The notes beneath the pieces were generated by a model. That model ran no database searches, was not told the DNA's origin, and worked only from the letters and a program-made list of their open reading frames with translations. Position numbers and translations under genes: made by a program. From positions 43,669-107,668 of the forward strand of contig JANTFT010000003.1 in NCBI GenBank assembly GCA_024763275.1: DNA of 64,000 nt, written 5' to 3'. Each line of letters starts with the position of its first letter. Position 1 is the stretch's first letter. The stretch is from Anaerolineales bacterium (lineage in GTDB: Bacteria; Chloroflexota; Anaerolineae; Anaerolineales; UBA11858). Below, in pieces: positions 1-7,805 of the stretch.

Positions 1-147
1 ATACCGTCTGATTCCCGGAGTCTGGTAATGCTGGAGGGAAAATATATATCCTCCGGCGAGCCGGAGATTTCTTCCGGGAATCCGGGTCCTGCCACCTCCC
101 GGTCCTGCTTCAAAGCGCGACTGACATTCACAAGTTTTGAGAGCCCG

Positions 148-306
148 TTTATCCTTTCCCTGGCAGGGAAATAGCGGGTGATCACCCCGGACAGACGGGG
201 TCACGGCCGTACCCTCAACCTGACTCCGCTGTTGACCTACCCGATGCTGACAGACGACTCAGCAGCCTTCATCCGGTCCCCGGGACTGGACAGGCCTTTG
301 GTTTAA
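148..306 (+). pseudogene. Remnant of an alpha/beta hydrolase gene
   Basis: Manual translation FILSLAGK*RVITPDRRGHGRT...LTYPMLTDDSAAFIRSPGLDRPLV* resembles the RVIxPDxRGHGRT motif; in-frame TAG at 172-174 and a stop before the nucleophile motif. Confidence 0.55.
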
Positions 307-507
307 GATACGGCGCTGTGCTTGCTCCAGGAGCGCAATTTCTGGATATTCTGCTCGAATTCCTGGCAAGATATGGACCCTGATTAAATCCCTGCCTTCT
401 GGAGAATATTGCGGTATACTATGGCGATCTTTTCTCTCCAGGATTTATTAGTGGGGGATGATAAGTGGTTGGAATGGGACTTGCTGGTTTATTATTGAGG
501 AGGACTT

Positions 508-1401
508 ATGGATAATTACAAATTATTATTAGACCCCATGCGCCTGCCATTCCTGGTCTTGACCCCGGCCTGTGTGATTCTTGGCCTGGCATCTGCCGTC
601 TGGACTTCTGGACAGGTGAACTGGTTCCATTTTGTGCTGGTCCTGATCGGAGCCCTGGCAGCTCATATCAGTGTCAACGCCTTCAACGAGTACTTCGATT
701 TCAGGAGCGGCCTGGATACCCGCACCCAGAGAACACCTTTCAGCGGGGGCAGCGGCAGGCTGCAGCGGACTCCAGAGTTAGGTAAGTCCACCCTGATCAT
801 GTCCTGGGTCTTCCTGGGGTTGGTAAGCTTGATCGGTATCTATTTTGCGGTGGTAGTCGGAATGGCCATCCTCCCTCTGGGTCTGTTGGGCCTGGCGATC
901 ATCTATTTGTATACCAACTGGATCACCCGTTATCCGCTCTTGTGCCTGATCGCTCCTGGTCTGGGCTTCGGGATTTTAATGGTGATGGGAACGGATTTCG
1001 CCCTGACCGGTTCCTACAGCTGGACTGCTTTTGCAGCCTCTCTGATACCTTTTTTCCTGGTCAGCAATCTGCTGCTTCTGAATCAGTTCCCGGATGTGGA
1101 AGCCGATCAGAGGGTTGGCAGGAAGCACTATCCCATCCAGATCGGCAGGACCAATAGCAGCCGCATCTACCTGGCCTTTCTGGTAATGCCCTTTTTAGTC
1201 ATCATTGGGGGTGTGCTGGTCGGTGTGTTCCCCGCTACAGCCCTGCTGGGGCTGCTGGGTTTGGTTCTGGTCGTGCCCATTTTCCGGGGTGTCCTGACCC
1301 ATGCTGAGGATACAGAAAAGCTGATCCCCATCCTGGGCCAGAATGTGCTGATCAACCTGGTAACACCGGTCCTGCTGGCTGTAGGACTGTTGATAGGTTA
1401 G
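508..1401 (+). CDS. UbiA-family prenyltransferase (MenA-like)
   Basis: Hydrophobic 297 aa; NEYFDFRSGLD and NQFPDVEAD Asp-rich motifs; GGAGG RBS. Confidence 0.85.
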   Translation: MDNYKLLLDPMRLPFLVLTPACVILGLASAVWTSGQVNWFHFVLVLIGALAAHISVNAFNEYFDFRSGLDTRTQRTPFSGGSGRLQRTPELGKSTLIMSWVFLGLVSLIGIYFAVVVGMAILPLGLLGLAIIYLYTNWITRYPLLCLIAPGLGFGILMVMGTDFALTGSYSWTAFAASLIPFFLVSNLLLLNQFPDVEADQRVGRKHYPIQIGRTNSSRIYLAFLVMPFLVIIGGVLVGVFPATALLGLLGLVLVVPIFRGVLTHAEDTEKLIPILGQNVLINLVTPVLLAVGLLIG

Positions 1402-1601
1402 TTGAGAAAAGTTGATTCCTTGCCGAATTTAACCGATCAGGTTATTCCTGGTTATTGTGCTGCCGGGGCGTTTTGGCAGGATTCTTTGATGAAATTTCGG
1501 ATGGTGAGAGTCTAAAGCCTAAAAATGTTTTCTAAAGGGCATCTGCTAATCTGAAACCATAAAAATGTTCATCTGAAAAGATGCTCTTGATCCGACCTGG
1601 A

Positions 1602-2333
1602 TCAAGGAAGAAGGTTATAGCGTAGAATACACCAGACAGTCCTTAATCCATCCCGCCAGGTGATCTTCTTTCCTTCTTCATAGGATCTCCCGTAATAGGA
1701 GATCCCGACTTCGTAAAACCTGGCTCCCAGCCTGGCCATTTTCGCGGTTAGCTCAGGCTCGATCCCAAAACCGTTTTCTTGAAGGTCGATCTGCTGAATG
1801 ATCTCTGACTTGAACATCTTATAGCAGGTTTCCATGTCCGTCAAATTGAGGTTCGTGAAGACATTGGAGAAAAAAGTCAGAACTTTATTCCCGATCGAGT
1901 GCCAGAAAAACAGGATGCGGTGCGGCGATCCTCCTATGAATCTGGATCCGTAGACCACATCTGCAAATCCATTTATGATCGGTTCTATGAGCTTGTGATA
2001 TTCCTGGGGTTCATATTCGAGGTCTGCATCCTGGATGATCACCAGATCTCCGCTGATCTCGGAAAACCCCCTGTTCAAAGCGGCTCCCTTACCTTGGTTC
2101 CGGTCCTGAAACAGTACTTTGATGTTGTCTACAGGAAGAGAGGCCTGGACTTTGTCCAGCTGGACAGGGTTTTTGCTGTTGGCGATATCCTGGAGGAATT
2201 CGCGGGATCCGTCCGAAGAGAAATCATCTACCAGGATGATTTCTTTTTCTATATCCACCCCCTGGACTTTGTATAGGATCTGCTGAATCGTATCAATCTC
2301 ATTATAGACAGGGATGACAACTGATAATTTCAT
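1602..2333 (-). CDS. Glycosyltransferase family 2 (DPM1/ArnC-like)
   Basis: MKLSVVIPVYNE, VDDFSSDGS, QDADLEY, DMETCYK motifs; start moved to the ATG at 2333. Confidence 0.9.
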   Translation of the reverse strand: MKLSVVIPVYNEIDTIQQILYKVQGVDIEKEIILVDDFSSDGSREFLQDIANSKNPVQLDKVQASLPVDNIKVLFQDRNQGKGAALNRGFSEISGDLVIIQDADLEYEPQEYHKLIEPIINGFADVVYGSRFIGGSPHRILFFWHSIGNKVLTFFSNVFTNLNLTDMETCYKMFKSEIIQQIDLQENGFGIEPELTAKMARLGARFYEVGISYYGRSYEEGKKITWRDGLRTVWCILRYNLLP

Positions 2334-2812
2334 AGTGATCCTGATGTGCTTGGTATTGAACTGGTCTGGTAATTTGATGATAAAGGACGCTTTCTGAAAT
2401 AATAATCCATCCATTACCGTTTGTCTAATTCTAATATAAAATCGGTCCAATCCCAGATTCCTGACCAGGAGAGCCGACAGTTTTTGGGAATATTGGGTCG
2501 ATCTCAACCGGACACAACATTTCCCTCACCGTCAGCATCGCTGTGAGTCTGACGGCGGGAGAAAGCCAACGCGTCTAGTAAACCGTCTGGAACTGGTGTA
2601 ATACGTACGAAATATCATCCCTGCATTTTTTATTGATTATGCAGAGACAGGGTCGAAAGTTCCATCCCTTAAATATTCATTAAAGTTTGCAGGGTCTCTC
2701 CTTGATTTCTATCCCTGAAATAATTTAATATAAATCCTCGTCCGGGTTCAAGGCCTGTAGGGGAAGGGGTGTTCTCCTCTTTTAGGTATATAATGAATTT
2801 AACATCCGGGAG

Positions 2813-3184
2813 ATGGAAATGAACGAGAAAACCACCCGTATTATCCGCTGGACCGCCCGCATCTGGTCAGCTCTGATGGCAGCTTTGATCTTGATAATAT
2901 TTATTGGAGATGCTGTTGCGGAGGGGATAGGACCGTTATTCGGCTTGTCCCTGAGAGATATCCTGATGATGGTCGCTTTTTTCATAGTTTTCCTGGGTTT
3001 GATCCTGGGTTGGAAATGGGAGCGGCTGGCAGGGTACTTGATCGTTGGTGGAATGGTCGCATTCTACCTGGTTGATTTTCTGTTGTCCGAGGATTTTCCT
3101 CGCGGTCCAACTTTCCTGATGATTGCATTTCCGGGTTTTTTATATTTACTGGCCAGCCTGAGAAAAGACGCTGTGGCAGCTTAA
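2813..3184 (+). CDS. Small integral membrane protein (about 4 TM), function unknown
   Basis: 123-aa ORF with four hydrophobic segments. Confidence 0.7.
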   Translation: MEMNEKTTRIIRWTARIWSALMAALILIIFIGDAVAEGIGPLFGLSLRDILMMVAFFIVFLGLILGWKWERLAGYLIVGGMVAFYLVDFLLSEDFPRGPTFLMIAFPGFLYLLASLRKDAVAA

Positions 3185-3491
3185 TTGTCTATAAGCGAGC
3201 AATAAAAAATATCCCGGATAAAAGTCTAGCCTCCAGATTAAAGGCCAGCCGATCCAACCTGTGAGCTAACGCGAAACCGCTAGCCTTTTTAAGAGAATCT
3301 CCCTGAGAATCCTGATTAAACTGATCTCGACAATTCCTTTTCAGGGAGGAAAAGGTCATGTTCTTTGTCAGTTGAATCAGCCCCCTTTATATGGTTAAAT
3401 CAGATACACATCCTGATTATCTGCTCTGTTCAGGAAATCTTTTATCTGTTGTCTTAGGAAAGATCGGCCTATAAAAAGTGTTGAGGTATAC

Positions 3492-6400
3492 ATGCCAGAA
3501 AAGGAATTTGATGATTTCCTGTTCCGCCAGGATATCGAACAAGCTGCCCCTTTTGTTGCTGAGCTGATCCACTGGGAGGATGAACGCCAGGCCCGCAAGC
3601 TGATCTTCATCCCTTCCCAATCCTATGTTCCCCGGGCAGTGAGGAGCGCCCTAGGCTCCCGGTTTCAGAATATCTACGCTGAGGGATACCCGCCTTCTCA
3701 GCTGATCCGGGCGGATGCGAGGGAGCTGGAGGATGTCGCTTGGCACCTGGCCAACTACCGGCGCTATGCCGACAGACGCTTCTATAAGGGGAAGGAATAT
3801 GCCAACCTGGTGGAGTGCCTGGCCCAGCGCAGAGCAGCTGAGCTTTTTGCCACTCCCGACACCCCGGCTGAGGAGATCTATGTCAATGTCCAGTCCCTAT
3901 CCGGCACCCCGGCCAATCTGGCTGTTTACTGGACCCTGCTGGAGCCAGGAGACACGCTGATGGGGCTGGATCTGTATCAAGGTGGGCACCTCTCTCACGG
4001 TTCTGAATTCAATATCTCCGGTCAGCGCTATCAGGTGGTTTCCTACGGCGTTGATCCAGAAACCGAACGGCTGGATTACGACGCCATCCGGGAGCTGGCC
4101 CTGGAGCACCGCCCCCGGATCATCGTGGCTGGGTACACTTCCTATCCCTGGGCGCCGGACTGGGCTGAATTCCGGGAGATTGCCGATGCCTGCGGAGCGT
4201 ACCTGATGGCTGATATCTCCCATGTGGCCGGCCTGGTTTCCGCGGGCGTTTACCCCAGCCCGCTGGGCATCGCCGATGTGGTGACCTTTACCACCCATAA
4301 AACGCTCATGGGACCGCGCGGAGCGGTGGTGCTGACCACAGATGAGGAACTGGCTGGACAGATCGACCTGGCGATTTTCCCTGGTGAGCAGGGGGGACCT
4401 CATGTCAATAAATTCGCGGCCATGGCCGTTGCTTTCCAGATTGCCCGGACAGATAAGTTCCGGAAGCTTCAGAAGCAGATCGTGGCCAATGCCCGGGCCC
4501 TGGCGGAGGGATTGACCAGCCGGGGATTGCGCCTGGCTTACGGTGGTACGGATACGCACCTGCTGCTGCTGGACCTGAAGTCCATTCCTGCCCCGGCAGC
4601 TTTACCGACCGGACAGGAATACCCGATCTGGGGGGAGCCCGCCGTGCGGATCCTCGATCTGGCAGGCATGGTGACCAACAAGAACACCATCCCCGGTGAT
4701 CTGGAAACCTCCCTGGCCACTGGCATCCGCCTGGGGACGCCCTGGCTGACCCAGCGCGGCCTGAAAGAGCAGGACATGGATGAGATTGCCGGACTGATGA
4801 CCCGGCTGCTTACCAACCTGAAGCCTTTTGCTTACCAGGGATTGGCAGGGGTGCTGCCACGTGCCAAGGTCGATGGGAAAGTGCTGGAAGAGGTTCGTGC
4901 TGGTGTGGCGGAGATCGCCGCCAGGGCGGGGATTGACTTCCAGATAGAGGGATATGGCTATCCCCATTATCAGGAGCTAAAGGATAACGGGGGTGAGCGG
5001 CCATCCAGAATTAAGGTATCCGGCTTCAGAGCCCGACAGTTCCTGGACCAGCTGGTACCTGCCAACCTCTTGAAGTTGAAGACGGATGAAAAGATAACCA
5101 GCTACCTGCTGGATTCCACCGGCGAGCTGCTTGCGGAAGCTGTCATCAAGCGCTGCCAGATGGATGAAGCTGGAAGGGATTGTTTATTGATCAACTGCGC
5201 TGGAGATAGCATGGTCCGGGTGCTCTCCTGGCTGCGGGGTATCAGCGACGGCTATACCCTGTTTGACAGGAAAGACCTCTACCGCAAGGTGGAAGGTCCG
5301 GTGGTAGTGGAGCTTGTTCCTGCAGAAAAAGGCTACTTCATGCCGGATATCAGACCGGGCATCCCGGCAGCTGAGCTGTTCCAGGCCAACCCGGGGCGTT
5401 TTGATCTTTCCAAGCCTTACTTTGTCGGTCAGGATGTCCTGGCCGATGTCGCGCCTGAAGCGGCCGCGGAACCCTGGGTTTGGGAAGAGCCGGAATCGGA
5501 ACTCAAGAAAACAGAGCTGCACGGGGTTCATCAAGAAATGGGAGCCAAGCTGGTCCCCTTTGCAGGCTGGGAAATGCCTGTGCGCTACAGCTCAGTGCTG
5601 GAAGAGCATCAGGCGGTCCGTACCGCGGCCGGCCTGTTTGACGTGGCCCATATGGGCGTTTTTGAGATCTCTGGCCCCAATGCCACTACCTTTCTGGATA
5701 TGGTTTTCTCCAATTATGTGGCCTGGCTGGATGACGGAGAATCACTTTATGGTTATTTCCTGGCCCCGGACGGCAGCGTGATCGATGATGGGATCCTCTA
5801 CCGCCTGCGGGATGATTATTATTACCTGGTCATCAATGCCTCCAACGAGAACAAGGACTGGGATTGGCTGAACGCCGTCAATGACGGCAGAGCCATCATC
5901 GACGCTGAACGTCCCTGGGTCCGGGTGGAATACCCCGCGATCCTCCGGAACTTGAAGGACCCCGGGTCGGGAAAGGACCAGAAGCGTGACATCGCTCTCC
6001 AGGGACCTGCCTCGCTGGCCATCCTGCAGGCCCTCACCGACGACCCGGCTCTCAAGAAATCCCTGGCCCGGCTGCGGCGAACGGCCCTGCTGGACTGCCA
6101 GCTGGCGGGGATCCCCCTGGTAGTTGCCAGGACAGGTTACACAGGAGAGAATTGGGGCTTTGAGATCCTTGTCCACCCCGATCAGCTGGAGAAGCTTTGG
6201 AAGGCCATTCTGAAAGCTGGAGAGCCGCTGGGAGTGAAGCCGGCCGGTCTGGCCTGCCGGGATTCTACCCGCATCGAGGCTGGCCTGCCCCTTTATGGTC
6301 ATGAGCTGGCTGGCCCGCTGGAGATCTCTCCGGTAGAAGCGGGCTTCCCTGGCTATGTCAAATACCACAAACCCTTTTTTGTCGGGCGGGATGCCCTGCT

Positions 6401-6749
6401 GGCGGAGGAGAAGGGCCGCCAGCGGGAGATTGTTCGCTTCCGCTGCAACCTCAAACACACCCGCCGGCCCAGCTCCCTGGACCCGGTGGTGGATGAACAC
6501 GGAGCCCAGGTTGGGCAGGTGACCAGCTGTTCGCTGGATGCCAGCGGCTACCTGGTCGGCCTGGCGCTGGTGCACCGCCGCTGTGCCGGGGAGGGTACTG
6601 CATTGCGGATTTTCCCGATGCAGGGGAAATCCCTCCAGGAAGGATTACTGAGGGGGAGCAAGGTTATCCTGCCGGTTGAAGTGACCGTACTGTCCAGATT
6701 CCCTGAAAAGGGCGGACAGCGGCCGCGCTGGACCCGCGGAGAAGATTAA
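3492..6749 (+). CDS. glyA-gcvT: Serine hydroxymethyltransferase / glycine cleavage T-protein fusion
   Basis: N-terminal SHMT motifs (YAEGYP, GGHLSHG, TTHKTL PLP-Lys, NKNTIPGD); C-terminal GcvT motifs (FAGWEMP, GLFDVAHMG, RTGYTGE, RIEAGLPLYGHEL). Confidence 0.92.
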   Translation: MPEKEFDDFLFRQDIEQAAPFVAELIHWEDERQARKLIFIPSQSYVPRAVRSALGSRFQNIYAEGYPPSQLIRADARELEDVAWHLANYRRYADRRFYKGKEYANLVECLAQRRAAELFATPDTPAEEIYVNVQSLSGTPANLAVYWTLLEPGDTLMGLDLYQGGHLSHGSEFNISGQRYQVVSYGVDPETERLDYDAIRELALEHRPRIIVAGYTSYPWAPDWAEFREIADACGAYLMADISHVAGLVSAGVYPSPLGIADVVTFTTHKTLMGPRGAVVLTTDEELAGQIDLAIFPGEQGGPHVNKFAAMAVAFQIARTDKFRKLQKQIVANARALAEGLTSRGLRLAYGGTDTHLLLLDLKSIPAPAALPTGQEYPIWGEPAVRILDLAGMVTNKNTIPGDLETSLATGIRLGTPWLTQRGLKEQDMDEIAGLMTRLLTNLKPFAYQGLAGVLPRAKVDGKVLEEVRAGVAEIAARAGIDFQIEGYGYPHYQELKDNGGERPSRIKVSGFRARQFLDQLVPANLLKLKTDEKITSYLLDSTGELLAEAVIKRCQMDEAGRDCLLINCAGDSMVRVLSWLRGISDGYTLFDRKDLYRKVEGPVVVELVPAEKGYFMPDIRPGIPAAELFQANPGRFDLSKPYFVGQDVLADVAPEAAAEPWVWEEPESELKKTELHGVHQEMGAKLVPFAGWEMPVRYSSVLEEHQAVRTAAGLFDVAHMGVFEISGPNATTFLDMVFSNYVAWLDDGESLYGYFLAPDGSVIDDGILYRLRDDYYYLVINASNENKDWDWLNAVNDGRAIIDAERPWVRVEYPAILRNLKDPGSGKDQKRDIALQGPASLAILQALTDDPALKKSLARLRRTALLDCQLAGIPLVVARTGYTGENWGFEILVHPDQLEKLWKAILKAGEPLGVKPAGLACRDSTRIEAGLPLYGHELAGPLEISPVEAGFPGYVKYHKPFFVGRDALLAEEKGRQREIVRFRCNLKHTRRPSSLDPVVDEHGAQVGQVTSCSLDASGYLVGLALVHRRCAGEGTALRIFPMQGKSLQEGLLRGSKVILPVEVTVLSRFPEKGGQRPRWTRGED

Positions 6750-6863
6750 CGGATTATAATTTCCTTCCAAATCCATCAGCCGCGATATCTTAGTATGGTA
6801 AGATAATCGCGGTTGTTTAATTTTCCAGCAGGCAGCTCCTGCCTCATAACTCGGGAGGATTTT

Positions 6864-7745
6864 ATGGATCCTATTATTTTTACAATCCCTGGCACCAATA
6901 TTTCGCTGCATTGGTATGGGGTGATCATGGCCGTGGGCATCATTTTAGCCGGGTTGGTCGCTGAGTGGGGCGTCCGCCAGCGGGGGGAAAATGGTGATTA
7001 TATCTGGGAATTGCTGATCTGGGCTGTGCCGTTTGGGATTGTCGGAGCGCGGCTCTGGTATGTGGCCAACGATATCCTCGGGGGAGGAAGGTATTATCTG
7101 GACAACCCGCTGCAGATTCTCAACCTACCCCAGGGAGGGCTGCATTTTTACGGAGCGGTGTTGTTTGGTGCCCTGGGCGGATTGATCTACGTCAAAAAGA
7201 AACAGCTGGATTTCAGGATCTTCCTGGACGCCGCGGCGCCGGCCCTGCTGATTGGACAGGCTCTGGTAAGGCCGGCCAACTTCATCAACCAGGAGCTTTA
7301 CGGGCAGCCGACCACCCTTCCCTGGGGCATCCGCATTGAAGAAGCCCACCGCATCATGCCCTGGAAGAATATGTACCAGTTCCCCTACGATACCACCCTC
7401 TTCCATCCCACTTTCGCCTACGAAATGCTCTGGAACTTCCTGGCTGCCGGGATTTTGCTCTGGATAGCCCTGGAATTCAAAAAGCGGGTTAAACCAGCCT
7501 CGATCTTTGCTGGTTGGCTGGTGCTGGAAGGTATCGGCAGGGAGATCATCGAGTTCTTCCGGCCAGATCAACCCCGCATCCCCGGTACGGACATCAGCTA
7601 TTCCCGGGTTGTGGCCGGGCTGATGGTCCTGGCAGGAATTATCTGGCTGCTGTATAAGTATGAGATCATCAAGATCCCCTTCCTGAAACAGGGGCCGGAT
7701 GAGTACCACCTGTCCCCCGGAGCTGAATCCGGGAAGGACGAATAG
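6864..7745 (+). CDS. lgt: Prolipoprotein diacylglyceryl transferase
   Basis: HWYG, GARLWYV, GGLHFYG, NFINQELYG, HPTFAYE motifs; GGAGG RBS before the ATG at 6864. Confidence 0.92.
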   Translation: MDPIIFTIPGTNISLHWYGVIMAVGIILAGLVAEWGVRQRGENGDYIWELLIWAVPFGIVGARLWYVANDILGGGRYYLDNPLQILNLPQGGLHFYGAVLFGALGGLIYVKKKQLDFRIFLDAAAPALLIGQALVRPANFINQELYGQPTTLPWGIRIEEAHRIMPWKNMYQFPYDTTLFHPTFAYEMLWNFLAAGILLWIALEFKKRVKPASIFAGWLVLEGIGREIIEFFRPDQPRIPGTDISYSRVVAGLMVLAGIIWLLYKYEIIKIPFLKQGPDEYHLSPGAESGKDE

Positions 7746-7759
7746 AATTTCATGAAAGC

Positions 7760-7789
7760 AAAGGAGCAGCCATCCGGCTGCTCCTTTTT
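7760..7789. terminator. Probable bidirectional intrinsic terminator
   Basis: AAAGGAGCAGCC-atcc-GGCTGCTCCTTT stem with T tail between convergent genes. Confidence 0.85.
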
Positions 7790-7805
7790 GTATAATATGC
7801 GGACT

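Noticed and set aside
1510-1580. Imperfect direct repeat containing TAAAAATGTT twice
   Set aside because: Only two degenerate copies; not a CRISPR array and no cas genes.
3185-3491. Glycine riboswitch upstream of the glyA-gcvT fusion
   Set aside because: No GGAGA...CCGAAG...CTCAGG aptamer arrangement is recognisable; only loose hairpins.
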